Of a DNA stretch of 64,000 bases, positions 49,829 to 59,114 are shown in pieces. Below the pieces are notes generated by a model that saw only the letters and a list, made by a program, of their open reading frames with translations, was not told where the DNA came from and made no database searches. Made by a program: the position numbers and the translations under genes. The DNA comes from Acidimicrobiia bacterium (lineage in GTDB: Bacteria > Actinomycetota > Acidimicrobiia > Spongiisociales > ZC4RG35), in contig DASVBU010000007.1 in the NCBI GenBank assembly GCA_036375695.1, positions 5,380 to 69,379 on the forward strand, read 5' to 3'. Positions within the stretch are counted from its first letter, which is position 1, and each line of letters begins with the position of its first letter.

Positions 49829-50179
49829 TCAGACTGCGGCGAGGGCGGCCTCCTCGTCGTCGAAGACCTCGATGGCCTCGTCGATGCGAGTGAGTGCGAG
49901 GATCTGGCGATAGTGGTCGGTCAGACCGCACGCCAGGAGCCGGTGCCCGCTCCGCTGCGCCCGGATCAGCGTCGTGACGAGCAACCCGATACCGCCACTG
50001 TTCATGTACTGGAGGCCCTCGAAGTTGAGGATGACGGCGTCGACGCCGCCTGCCGAGGCCTCCTCGTGCGCCCTGGTGATCTCGGCCTCGGAGAAGGCCG
50101 TGATCTCGCCCACGATGTCGACGGCGCGGACGCGTGGCGCCAGTTCTCGTACGGTCATCGTCACATTGGCGGATGGCAT
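49829..50179 (-). CDS. STAS-domain anti-sigma-factor antagonist
   Basis: 'VDIVGEITAFSEAEI...AVILNFEGLQYMNSGGIGLLVTTL...LLACGLTDHYRQILALTRIDEAIEVF' is the SpoIIAA/RsbV fold pattern. The start is chosen at the internal ATG (MPSANV). Confidence 0.7.
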   Translation of the reverse strand: MPSANVTMTVRELAPRVRAVDIVGEITAFSEAEITRAHEEASAGGVDAVILNFEGLQYMNSGGIGLLVTTLIRAQRSGHRLLACGLTDHYRQILALTRIDEAIEVFDDEEAALAAV

Positions 50180-50189
50180 TGGTCTCCTC

Positions 50190-50534
50190 TCACCGGGCCG
50201 CGACCGCGGCCTCTTCGTCGTCATGGATCGTCATGAAGTCGGCCAGACGGGTGATGGTGAACACCTCGCGGTAGTGGTCCGACAGTCCGAATGCGTGGAT
50301 CTCCCGCTCCTCGGCGCGGGCCCTCGCCAGCAGTCCGACGATGACCGCGATCCCGGTGGAGTTGATGTAGTCCACGCCCCGGAAGTCCAACACCACGCGT
50401 CCCGGCCGGCTGGTCGCCTCGGCGTAGGCCGCCTCGAGGGTCTCCTTGGCGCCACGGTCCACGGTGCCCACGAGGGTCACGACACTTCCGTCGTCGAGTG
50501 GCGCCGTCGTGGCCCGAAACTCGCTGTCCATCAC
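50190..50534 (-). CDS. STAS-domain anti-sigma-factor antagonist
   Basis: 114 aa. 'VTLVGTVDRGAKETL...VVLDFRGVDYINSTGIAVIVGLL...HAFGLSDHYREVFTITRLADFMTIH'. Confidence 0.75.
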   Translation of the reverse strand: MMDSEFRATTAPLDDGSVVTLVGTVDRGAKETLEAAYAEATSRPGRVVLDFRGVDYINSTGIAVIVGLLARARAEEREIHAFGLSDHYREVFTITRLADFMTIHDDEEAAVAAR

Positions 50535-52111
50535 AGCGCTCCCTTCCTCTTCACGATCAGCTCCACCGTGTGGGTGCGACCGTCGCTGGTGGAGCGGACC
50601 TCGTCGACCATCTTCTCGATCAGGAACAGGCCCCAGCCGCGAGGTGTCTGGGTGCCGGCGAGCTTCGCCTCGAGATCCGGGGTCTGCGCCTCGGGTATCT
50701 CCTTCGCCCCGCCCTGGTCGGTGACGCGAATCGTCAGGACCTCGTCCGTGGCCCTGACCTCGACCCCCACCTCGAGTTCGGGGCGGTTCTCGTTGCCGTG
50801 CTCGATGGCGTTCATCACCGTCTCGGCGAGGGCTGTCTTGAGACGCTCGACGTCCCGTTCCTCGAACCCGAGCGGGGCGACCACCTCCGCCAGACGGGCA
50901 ATGGCGACGCGCTCGTTCCCCTCCTCGCTGGCGACCGTGAAGGCGTCCAGCAGCTCACCGCTCTCGAAGGCCAGCGCCGAGTCCTGGGCCGAGCTCGACC
51001 GACGCACCACCACCAGCGTGATGTCGTCTTCCTGCTCCGCGTCGGGACCGGTGAAGGCCTCCAGGTCGCTGACCACCGCCGTGACCATGTCGTCCGACCG
51101 CCGGGCCACGCGGGACATCAGCCTCCCGAAGCCGTACATCTCGCCTCTGGGGTCGTGGGCCTCGGTGATCCCGTCGCTCGTCAGGACCATGATCTCGCCC
51201 GAGCCCATGGTGTAACGCTTCTCCTCGTAGTCCATGCCGGGCATGAGGCCGAGGGGCATCCCTGCGGCGCGGATCTCGACGACGCCGTCGGAGGTCTGCA
51301 TGTAGGGGAGGTTGTGGCCGGCGTTGGCCAACACGACGTCGCCACGCTCCGTGTCGATGATGGCGTACAGACACGTGACGAACATCGCCGCCGGGATCTC
51401 GGGGACCAGGGCGTCGTTGACCTCGGCGAGGACCTGTGAGGGTGACCCGTGCCGCTGCGCCGCGGCCCGCAGCATCGACCGGCAGGTGGCCATGACCAAT
51501 GCCGCGGGCACACCCTTGTCGGTGACGTCGCCGATGACCACGCCGAGCCGGCCGTCGCCCAGGGGGATGAAGTCGTAGAAGTCCCCGCCCACGGCCCGGG
51601 CGGGGCGATAGAAGGCGCTGACGTGCCAACCGGGGATCGCCGGCAGCTCCTTCGGGAGCAGGGTCTGCTGGATCAGGGCGGCGACCTTGAGCTCCTGCTC
51701 GATCCGCTCCCGCTCCTTGGCCTCGGCCTGCTGCTCCCGGATCAGTTGGGCGACCCGCATCGCCGGCGCCACCTGGGCGGCGAGACCACCGAGGAGCCTG
51801 CGGTCGTCGCTCGAGTACGGCTGGTCGGAGAGACGGGGCCCGAGATAGAGGGCGCCGAGGAGCTCTCCCTGGCCGATGAGGGGGACGATGAGCTCGACTC
51901 CCGCGGAGCGGATGGTCTCCAGCGTCGGAGAGACGAGCTCCAGGTCGCCGACGCCCACCGGTCCGCCCGCGGACAAGAGGACAGTCTCGAGGGGGTCGCC
52001 CGACGGGATGGGGATCGGGTCGAGCAGGGTCGTCGGCGTCACGGGCCCCTTGCCTACGGATGTCTGCCCGTTCTCGGCCCGGCGCCGTCGCAATCTCTGA
52101 AGCATCGTCAC
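50531..52111 (-). CDS. GAF - PP2C(SpoIIE) phosphatase - HATPase_c (RsbW-like kinase) fusion protein
   Basis: 526 aa. The N-terminus is GAF-like ('GELLGALYLGPRLSDQPYSSDDRRLLGGLAAQVA'), the middle is a SpoIIE phosphatase ('GGDFYDFIPLGDGRLGVVIGDVTDKG', 'VLTSDGITEA'), and the C-terminus is a GHKL ATPase ('AETVMNAIEHGN', 'TPRGWGLFLIEKMVDEV'). Confidence 0.8.
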   Translation of the reverse strand: MTMLQRLRRRRAENGQTSVGKGPVTPTTLLDPIPIPSGDPLETVLLSAGGPVGVGDLELVSPTLETIRSAGVELIVPLIGQGELLGALYLGPRLSDQPYSSDDRRLLGGLAAQVAPAMRVAQLIREQQAEAKERERIEQELKVAALIQQTLLPKELPAIPGWHVSAFYRPARAVGGDFYDFIPLGDGRLGVVIGDVTDKGVPAALVMATCRSMLRAAAQRHGSPSQVLAEVNDALVPEIPAAMFVTCLYAIIDTERGDVVLANAGHNLPYMQTSDGVVEIRAAGMPLGLMPGMDYEEKRYTMGSGEIMVLTSDGITEAHDPRGEMYGFGRLMSRVARRSDDMVTAVVSDLEAFTGPDAEQEDDITLVVVRRSSSAQDSALAFESGELLDAFTVASEEGNERVAIARLAEVVAPLGFEERDVERLKTALAETVMNAIEHGNENRPELEVGVEVRATDEVLTIRVTDQGGAKEIPEAQTPDLEAKLAGTQTPRGWGLFLIEKMVDEVRSTSDGRTHTVELIVKRKGAL

Positions 52112-52116
52112 GATGT

Positions 52117-53277
52117 CTACTCCCCCATCGTCCCGGAACCGTTACGGAGCCAGACGCCCACCGAGGCCGGCTGCATCGTCTCCGACACCACACCGACCCA
52201 TCCGTCGACCACCTCCGGCCCGTCCACCTTGTCCTGCAACGATCCCACGAAACGCTCCACGACCTGAACCGCGTCGTAGCGTGATCGGTTGAATCGGCGG
52301 TCCACCCAACTCTGGACACGACGCCTGACCGGGTTGAAAGAACCGGCCACCGCCAGGGTCGAACCGGCCACCGCCAGGGGGCTCTCGGTGGGCAGGATGG
52401 AAGACAGGGCGGTCACCCCGACGAAGAACAGGGCTGCGAGGAGCCCCACAACGATCACATACGACACGGTCCGGGAGAGGATCCGGTCGATCTCGTACAG
52501 CCGGTACCGGACGATGGCCACCCCGATCGACACGGGTATGGCCCAACCTCCCACCAGCACCCACAAGTCGGTGGCGATGGAATTCTCGGGGAGGACCTGG
52601 CCGAGGGCGCTGTCCAACACGAAGACGAGCCCACCGAGGAGCAACCACCGGTACTGCTGACCTTCGACACCCGAGCTCCCGCGGGCGCGGGCGAACAACC
52701 TCAGGAGAGCCAGAGCGCCCAAGAGAACGATGAGGAAGAAGCCGGACTCGTTGGTGATCACGGCCAGACCCGCAAGGCCGGGCACGGCGAGAGGGCTGGG
52801 CCGGCCCGTGTCGTACATGGGCTCGGGACTGATCGTGAATCCGAGCACGGCCCAGAGGGCGACCAGGATGAGCAACCTCCCCAGCCGGGCCTCCCACCGC
52901 GTGGCGTAGGCCCCGGTGGGGAAGGTGTTGAGAAGGGCGACGATGACGATCCAGGGCACTATGCCGAGCACCGTGTAGGCCAACTCCACCCACGGGCCGA
53001 TGGCTGGACGGACGTCGTACACGAAGGCCTGCAACCCGAACGCCAGGCCCATGATCGCGCCCACGCCGAGGGACAGTCGCCCGATGCGGTTGCCGGGCCT
53101 CTGCGTCAGGATCATCCACCCCGCGATCGGCCAACCCAGCCAGTACAGCGGGAACCAGCCGCCGGAGACGGCGTTGGCCAGGGGGCCTCGTCGGGTGGCG
53201 AGGACCATGCCCGCCAGGCTGGCCAGGGCGACCAGGGTCACCAGCGACCGCCGCAGATCCCAGCGCGCCCTCTTCAT
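52117..53277 (-). CDS. Membrane protein resembling a histidine-kinase sensor/linker region without a kinase core (paralog 2)
   Basis: 386 aa with about 8 TMs. The C-terminus 'IVRYRLYEIDRILSRT...NPVRRRVQSWVDRRFNRSRYDA...VSETMQPASVGVWLRN' is homologous to 48679..49812. Confidence 0.6.
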   Translation of the reverse strand: MKRARWDLRRSLVTLVALASLAGMVLATRRGPLANAVSGGWFPLYWLGWPIAGWMILTQRPGNRIGRLSLGVGAIMGLAFGLQAFVYDVRPAIGPWVELAYTVLGIVPWIVIVALLNTFPTGAYATRWEARLGRLLILVALWAVLGFTISPEPMYDTGRPSPLAVPGLAGLAVITNESGFFLIVLLGALALLRLFARARGSSGVEGQQYRWLLLGGLVFVLDSALGQVLPENSIATDLWVLVGGWAIPVSIGVAIVRYRLYEIDRILSRTVSYVIVVGLLAALFFVGVTALSSILPTESPLAVAGSTLAVAGSFNPVRRRVQSWVDRRFNRSRYDAVQVVERFVGSLQDKVDGPEVVDGWVGVVSETMQPASVGVWLRNGSGTMGE

Positions 53278-53404
53278 CCTGGTACGTGGTGGTTCATGTC
53301 GTAGACCCCACCCTCACCATCGTCCGTTACGGAATCGCTACCACCATGGCGTTCCGGTCAGCCACATCGAAGCAGCACCCGTAACGGTGGGTTAGGTTGC
53401 TGCC

Positions 53405-56113
53405 GTGCTCGACGTCAACCTACTAGGGACTCCGGAGGCCCTGGTCGACGGGAAGCCGATCAGGGTCGACACCACCAAGGCGATCGCCCTCCTGGCCTAC
53501 CTGGTGGTGGAACGCACCGCGCGGAGGGACACCCTGGCCGCGCTCCTCTGGGCGGATTCGTCACAGGAACGTGCCCGGGCGACCCTCCGTCGCACCCTGT
53601 CTGCCCTGCGCACCGCGGCGGGAGCCGACCTGATCGACTCCGATCGCAGCACCGTCACCCTCAGCGACCAGGTCGTGTCCGACTACGGCCAACTGCTCGC
53701 CGAATTGGATGCCACGACCCGGCACGACCACGCGCCAGGTGATGTTTGCCCGCTCTGCATGCCACATCTCGAGAAGGCGTCATCCCTCTATCGGGGCGAC
53801 TTCCTCCAGGGATTCGCCGTCCGGTCCGCCCCCGAGTTCGAGCACTGGTCCCGAAACGTGGCCCAGGCACTCCAGATCCGCATGTCCGGCGTCTTCGAGA
53901 GACTGGCCTCCGGCCTCGCCGCCTCCGGGGACTTCGACGCCGCCTCCGCGACCGTGGTGCGGTGGATCGAACTCGACCCACTCCACGAGCCGGCCTATCG
54001 CCTCCTCATGCTGCTCCGGGCCTGGGCGGGCGACCGGCCCGGCTCCATCGACGCCTACCGGGAGTGCGTCGCCGTGCTCGACCGCGAGTTGGCCGTGCCA
54101 CCACTCGAGGAGACCACGGAGTTGTACGAGGCGATCCTCGACGAGGACCTCCCGCCACCGCCCGGTGCCCGGAGGCGGGTGAGGCAGGCGGACTCCAAGC
54201 AGGCTCCCGTCCCCCCGGGTCTCATCGATCGGCAAGCCGAGTTGCAGAGCCTCCGGGGCGCGCTCGACGCCGCCCGGGAAGGAGGTCAGGTCGTGGCGAT
54301 GACAGGAGCACCATGGATGGGCAAGACCCGGCTCGCAGACGAGCTCATCGCCGCGGCGTCGGACCGCTGGACCGTCCTGGCCGGACGCGGTTACCGGATG
54401 GAGCAGGACCTTCCATACGGCGTGGTGACACAGCTCCTCCGGCCCGCGATCGAACGCATCGAGGAGGCCGGGCTCCCGGCATGGGTGATCGGAGAGCTGG
54501 CCCGCCTGCTGCCCGGTCTCGGTCGGGCCGGCATCGCCGACCCGTACGGCGAGAGCAGGTTGCTCGAGGCCATCCACGCCGCCGTGGGAGCTCTGGCAGC
54601 CGGCCGACCCCTGCTCATCGTGGTCGACGACGCCCATTGGGCGGATTCGTCATCGGCGGCCGTGCTCGCTTTCGTCGCCCGCCGCACGAAGGGGTTGCCC
54701 GTCCTCGTCCTCGTCCTGGCGCGAGAAGGCGAGGCCCCGCCTGCCGAGCTGGCGGACCTCATGTCCACCGCAGACGTGAGGATCTCGCTCCAGCCCCTCA
54801 CGGTGACCCAGCTGCTCCCGTTGGTGGGGAACGACGCGACGGCAGCACGGGACCTCGAGCTCCGCACCGGCGGGATCCCCCTCCTCGCGGCCGAGGCCCT
54901 CGCCTCCGGTGACGGCACATCGACACCCGGTTTGACCCGTTATCTGGAGACGAGGTGGAACGAACTGGGTGACCTGGAGCGACAACTCCTCACCGCCGCG
55001 GCCGTTCTCGGCGGGACCTGTGATCCCGGGTTGCTCCGGGACACCAGTGGGCGCTCTGAGGAAGAGGTCGTGGAGGGGGTGGAGAGGCTGACTGCCTTGG
55101 GGCTCCTCCGCGAGACGGCCGACGGAATCGGCTTCACCCTGGATGCGATGGAGCGGTTGGCATACGAGTCCGCATCCCTGGTTCGGCGCCGTCTGCTCCA
55201 TGGCCGCGCCGGCGATGCGCTGGCAGCCCGGCCCGACGTGCAGCGTGACGTCGCCGCCGCCGCGTCGGTCGCAGCGCAATACCAGGCCGCCGCTCGACCC
55301 GAGGCCGCGACCTGGTACCTCCTCGCCGGGGACCTCGCCCGAGCCGTCTACGCCCACGACATGGCCCGCCACTTCTACGAGTCGGCCCTGGCCCTGGGGA
55401 CGAACCGGGTGGCCGAAGCGAGACTGGCGATCGCGGAGCTCGACATGGCGGCCGGCCGATACGAGGAGGCTCGACGACAGCTCACCCTGGCGGGTCCTTC
55501 GGCCGGTGACCTCTCCGGGGTGATCCTGCATCGACTCGGTGACGTCGAGCGTCTCCTCGGCCGTTTCGACTCCGCCGAGGACCTGTATCGGTCGGCCCTG
55601 GACTCGGGCGCCGCCGAAGTGGCCCTGTTCTCCGACTGGGCGCTCCTCGCCATGCGCACCGGCAGGCAAGCCGTGGCCGTCGAGTTGGCCGAGAGGGCAC
55701 GCGCCTCGGCGGAGGAAGGAGGCAGCGACCTGGAACGCTCCCGGGTGCGCAGCATCCTCGCCGCGGTGACCACCGACCCGGGTACCGCCCTGGCCCATGC
55801 GGAGGCGGCCGCCGAGCTCGCCGGCGAGGACGAGGTCCTGCTCATGGCGGCGCTCAACAGCCAGGCGCTCGTCCTCGCCGAGCGCGGCGACCACGACCGC
55901 GCCGGCACGGTCCTGGAGCAGGCTATTGCCATCGCCCAACGGACCGGCCACCGGCATCGCGAGGCCGCGCTGTGGAGCCATCTCGGCGACATCCATCACC
56001 GTGCCGGCCGGGAGGACGAGGCCCGCCGGGCGCAGACACGGGCCGTGTCGATGTTCGCCGACATCGACGCCGGAGGGTTCGAGCCCGAGCTCTGGCTGCT
56101 CACCCGTTGGTGA
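53405..56113 (+). CDS. AfsR-like SARP-family regulator (wHTH/BTAD + AAA/NB-ARC-like ATPase + TPR-like C-terminus)
   Basis: 902 aa. The N-terminus 'LLGTPEALVDGKPIRV..KAIALLAYLVV...LLWAD' is followed by a BTAD ('LRAWAGDRPGSIDAYRECVAVLDRELAVPP'), the Walker A 'MTGAPWMGKTRLADEL', the Walker B 'LLIVVDDAHWAD', and a helical repeat C-terminus. Confidence 0.8.
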   Translation: MLDVNLLGTPEALVDGKPIRVDTTKAIALLAYLVVERTARRDTLAALLWADSSQERARATLRRTLSALRTAAGADLIDSDRSTVTLSDQVVSDYGQLLAELDATTRHDHAPGDVCPLCMPHLEKASSLYRGDFLQGFAVRSAPEFEHWSRNVAQALQIRMSGVFERLASGLAASGDFDAASATVVRWIELDPLHEPAYRLLMLLRAWAGDRPGSIDAYRECVAVLDRELAVPPLEETTELYEAILDEDLPPPPGARRRVRQADSKQAPVPPGLIDRQAELQSLRGALDAAREGGQVVAMTGAPWMGKTRLADELIAAASDRWTVLAGRGYRMEQDLPYGVVTQLLRPAIERIEEAGLPAWVIGELARLLPGLGRAGIADPYGESRLLEAIHAAVGALAAGRPLLIVVDDAHWADSSSAAVLAFVARRTKGLPVLVLVLAREGEAPPAELADLMSTADVRISLQPLTVTQLLPLVGNDATAARDLELRTGGIPLLAAEALASGDGTSTPGLTRYLETRWNELGDLERQLLTAAAVLGGTCDPGLLRDTSGRSEEEVVEGVERLTALGLLRETADGIGFTLDAMERLAYESASLVRRRLLHGRAGDALAARPDVQRDVAAAASVAAQYQAAARPEAATWYLLAGDLARAVYAHDMARHFYESALALGTNRVAEARLAIAELDMAAGRYEEARRQLTLAGPSAGDLSGVILHRLGDVERLLGRFDSAEDLYRSALDSGAAEVALFSDWALLAMRTGRQAVAVELAERARASAEEGGSDLERSRVRSILAAVTTDPGTALAHAEAAAELAGEDEVLLMAALNSQALVLAERGDHDRAGTVLEQAIAIAQRTGHRHREAALWSHLGDIHHRAGREDEARRAQTRAVSMFADIDAGGFEPELWLLTRW

Positions 56114-56159
56114 GATCCGCGTTTGCGTCGAACACCTGTTCGGGTATGGTGTCCCGGTC

Positions 56160-57095
56160 ATGGGTGACCTGCGCTGGAGAGGCCCCAACGAGGGCGGCCT
56201 GTTCGAATTGAGTCGACGCGTCCCGGGCCGGGGCGCCTATCGGGGTCTGACCTTCCACGAGGTGGAGGCGCAGACGATCCTCAACCGTGTCGACGCCCCG
56301 AACCTCCCGTTCGGCTGGACGATCAACCCCTATCGGGGCTGCAGCCACGCCTGCGTCTACTGCTTCGCCCGTCCCACCCACGAGTATCTGGGTCTGGGCA
56401 TCGGGCGGGAGTTCGAGACCGAGATCGTGGTCAAGATCAACGCGGTCGAGTTGACCCGGGCGGAGACCGCCCCGGGCCGATGGGCCGGGGAGCACATCGC
56501 GATGGGGACCAACACCGATCCCTATCAGCCCGCCGAGGGCAAGTATCGGCTGACGCGGGGCATCCTCGAAGTGCTGGTCGAGCGTCGCAACCCGTTCGGC
56601 ATGCTCACCAAGTCGACGCTGGCGCTTCGCGACCTCGACCTCTTCGTCGAGGCCTCACGTCACACCGAGGTATCGGTGAGCTTCTCCATCGGCACCCTCG
56701 ACCCCGAGGTGTGGAGGGAGACCGAGCCGGGCACACCCCACCCCATGCGGCGGGTGGAGGCCATCGCCAAGCTCAGCGAGGCCGGCGTGCGCACCGGGGT
56801 CCTCATAGCACCCATCATCCCCGGCCTCTCGGACCATCCCGACCAGGTGGCGGCGGTGGAGGCCGCCTGTCGGGAAGCGGGAGCCGGCTCGATCTCCACG
56901 ATCAAGCTCCATCTCCGCCCCGGCGTAAAGGAGCACTTCATGGGCTGGCTCGGTGACACCCATCCCGAGCTGGTGGCCCGCTACGAGGCCCTGTATCGCA
57001 ACCGGGCCTACCTGTCCCGGGGGACCTCCCGCCGCAGGCCCCCGAGGGAACGAAACAAGCCGGCGGCGTTCCAGCCCTCCCTCCCACTGGGCTGA
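56160..57095 (+). CDS. Radical SAM protein, SplB/DNA-repair-photolyase-like (COG1533)
   Basis: 'INPYRGCSHACVYCFARP' carries the CxxxCxxC radical-SAM motif in the SplB-family context. Confidence 0.7.
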   Translation: MGDLRWRGPNEGGLFELSRRVPGRGAYRGLTFHEVEAQTILNRVDAPNLPFGWTINPYRGCSHACVYCFARPTHEYLGLGIGREFETEIVVKINAVELTRAETAPGRWAGEHIAMGTNTDPYQPAEGKYRLTRGILEVLVERRNPFGMLTKSTLALRDLDLFVEASRHTEVSVSFSIGTLDPEVWRETEPGTPHPMRRVEAIAKLSEAGVRTGVLIAPIIPGLSDHPDQVAAVEAACREAGAGSISTIKLHLRPGVKEHFMGWLGDTHPELVARYEALYRNRAYLSRGTSRRRPPRERNKPAAFQPSLPLG

Positions 57096-57097
57096 GG

Positions 57098-58126
57098 TCA
57101 CGGCAGGACCACGACCTTGGTCCCGAGATCGGCCCACTCGTACAGGAAGGCCGCGTCCTCGTCGGTCTGCCGAACACACCCCGCGCTCATGTACTCGCCC
57201 AACTGCTCCTCACTCTGCAGTGGCTCGCCGTCACCGTCCCGGGGGATGGCGTGGAACCCGATGGGCAGGTTCCTCCCGTGGGCGAACCGGACCATGTGGG
57301 CCATGGTGATCCCGTCGTGCCCGGCGCTGGCCACCTCCGACTTCGAGTAGACCTCGTAGGTCCCGGGTGCGGGCACACCCTTTCGGCCCGACACCGGGTA
57401 GGTCCTCTCGATGCTGCCATCCGACTCCACCAGCCAGATGCGCTGATCGGAATTGGAATAGACGATGCGGCGGCCCTCACCCGAATCCGGCGGAAGCGGA
57501 TACCCATCTGCGGAAGCACCCTCGTCATCCTCCTGCTCGGGCGCGGCCTCGAAGTCGAGGTCGAGACCGCGGAACGGGTCGAGCAGGATGCGTTCGTCGG
57601 TGAAGAAGAGGGGCATCATCACTTCGCGGTCCGCCCGTGACCCTTCCTGCTCCACGACGCCGTTCACGACCAGCAGGGCGTGACCGTCCTCGCCATGGTC
57701 CAGGCTGTACTCCAGATCCTCGGCCCATGCCCAGGCGCCCCACCCTTCGGCGAAATCGGTGCGCAGGGCGGCGAGGCGCTCGTAGCCGCCGATCCTCCTC
57801 TGTGACTCCGGTGTGAGCAGGTCCCACGCCCGCTCGAGATCACCGTCGGCCAGGGATTCCACCCACTCGCCGAACAGCGCCACGACGCGGCCCAGGTCTC
57901 CCGGCAGGGTCGTCGACGGCGGCAGCATGGTGGTCGGCGGCAGCATGGTGGTCGGCGGCAGCGTGGTCGTGGTCGACGCGGGCACCGAAGTCGTCGGTGG
58001 AAGGGTGGTCGAGGCCTGCGCCGAGGTCTCCGGCGGTGCCACGGACGGCACCGAGGAACCACCGAGTGCCTGCCCGACACCACAGGCGGCCAGGATCAGA
58101 ACGAGGAGGATTCCGATTGCTCGCAT
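57098..58126 (-). CDS. L,D-transpeptidase (YkuD domain) lipoprotein with Pro/Thr-rich linker
   Basis: 'MRAIGILLVLILAACG' is the lipobox, the linker has 'TTLPPTT' repeats, and the catalytic 'HAIP...SAGCVRQ' is the His/Cys motif of the YkuD fold. Confidence 0.75.
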   Translation of the reverse strand: MRAIGILLVLILAACGVGQALGGSSVPSVAPPETSAQASTTLPPTTSVPASTTTTLPPTTMLPPTTMLPPSTTLPGDLGRVVALFGEWVESLADGDLERAWDLLTPESQRRIGGYERLAALRTDFAEGWGAWAWAEDLEYSLDHGEDGHALLVVNGVVEQEGSRADREVMMPLFFTDERILLDPFRGLDLDFEAAPEQEDDEGASADGYPLPPDSGEGRRIVYSNSDQRIWLVESDGSIERTYPVSGRKGVPAPGTYEVYSKSEVASAGHDGITMAHMVRFAHGRNLPIGFHAIPRDGDGEPLQSEEQLGEYMSAGCVRQTDEDAAFLYEWADLGTKVVVLP

Positions 58127-58325
58127 GTACCGGACACGCAGCAAGCGGGGCCGCGGTTTACGCGAGGCGTCGAGGAGTCAGCCCTCGAGGCGGGGGAAGG
58201 TCCCTGAGGCGGTCCCACAGGGACCTTCCGGTGTGGGAGGGCACACCGACATCATCGGCGCGAGACCCATTTTTGAACCTGGTCCCAAGGACTCATTCAA
58301 GATTCGACGCCGTGCCGCCGATGCC

Positions 58326-59093
58326 GTGAGTGTGGAGACGCCAGTCCTCCGACCGCATCACATCAGATCGAATCCGCGGGACCTGGAGGCGTTGGCGACG
58401 GTCTGGCGTTGGGAGGGGATCGTGCAACGCCTGCTGCCGCGTGTGCTCGAGTCGAACCAGATCGAGACCCGATTCCAGGCCGTGTTCGACATCCGACCGT
58501 CCGTGCCCGTATTGCGCGGCTACGAGGCCTACGCGCGCTTCCCGGCCGCACCGGACATCCCCACCGGTCTCTGGTTCGCCACCGCTGAACAGATGGGTCT
58601 GGGCTTCGAATTGTCGGTGGCATCGGGGCGGACCGCACTCGAGGTCGTCGATCGCCTCCCCCGGACCACGGTCCTGTTCGTCAACACCATTCCCGAGGCA
58701 ATGGGGGCCCTGGCCGCCGAGATCGACCGCCAGTCCCTGGGAAGGGTCGTGTTCGACGTTCCCGCGTCGGAGTTCGGTGGCTCGGCCATCGCCGACGAGA
58801 TCGCCTCGGCCCGTGAAGCCGGGATCGGCGTGAGCTTCGACGGAGAGCCGCTGGACGACGACACCTTCGCCAAGGTCACGGAGTGCAGTGACCATCTCGA
58901 CTTCGTGAAGCTCGACGCCGTCCACGAGACCGTCTCTGTCGGCACCATGCGCCGGCTCGCCGACTGGTGCCATCGCAACGGCGTCTTCCTGGTGGCGAAG
59001 CGGGTCGAGTCTCTCGACGTCGTCGATCGTCTCAAGGACGCAGGCGTCGACTGGGCCCAGGGGCACGCCCTCTCCCACGACATCGAAATCTGA
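58326..59093 (+). CDS. EAL-domain protein (stand-alone, partly degenerate motifs)
   Basis: 'RGYEAYARF' (EAL-like E), 'FVNT' (N), 'FVKLD' (KxD) and 'QGHALS' (QG-aromatic). The 'DDFGTG' equivalent is diverged ('SFDGEPL'). A GTG start is assumed. Confidence 0.55.
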   Translation: MSVETPVLRPHHIRSNPRDLEALATVWRWEGIVQRLLPRVLESNQIETRFQAVFDIRPSVPVLRGYEAYARFPAAPDIPTGLWFATAEQMGLGFELSVASGRTALEVVDRLPRTTVLFVNTIPEAMGALAAEIDRQSLGRVVFDVPASEFGGSAIADEIASAREAGIGVSFDGEPLDDDTFAKVTECSDHLDFVKLDAVHETVSVGTMRRLADWCHRNGVFLVAKRVESLDVVDRLKDAGVDWAQGHALSHDIEI

Positions 59094-59114
59094 CCTCCCG
59101 ATAACCTGGCTCGA

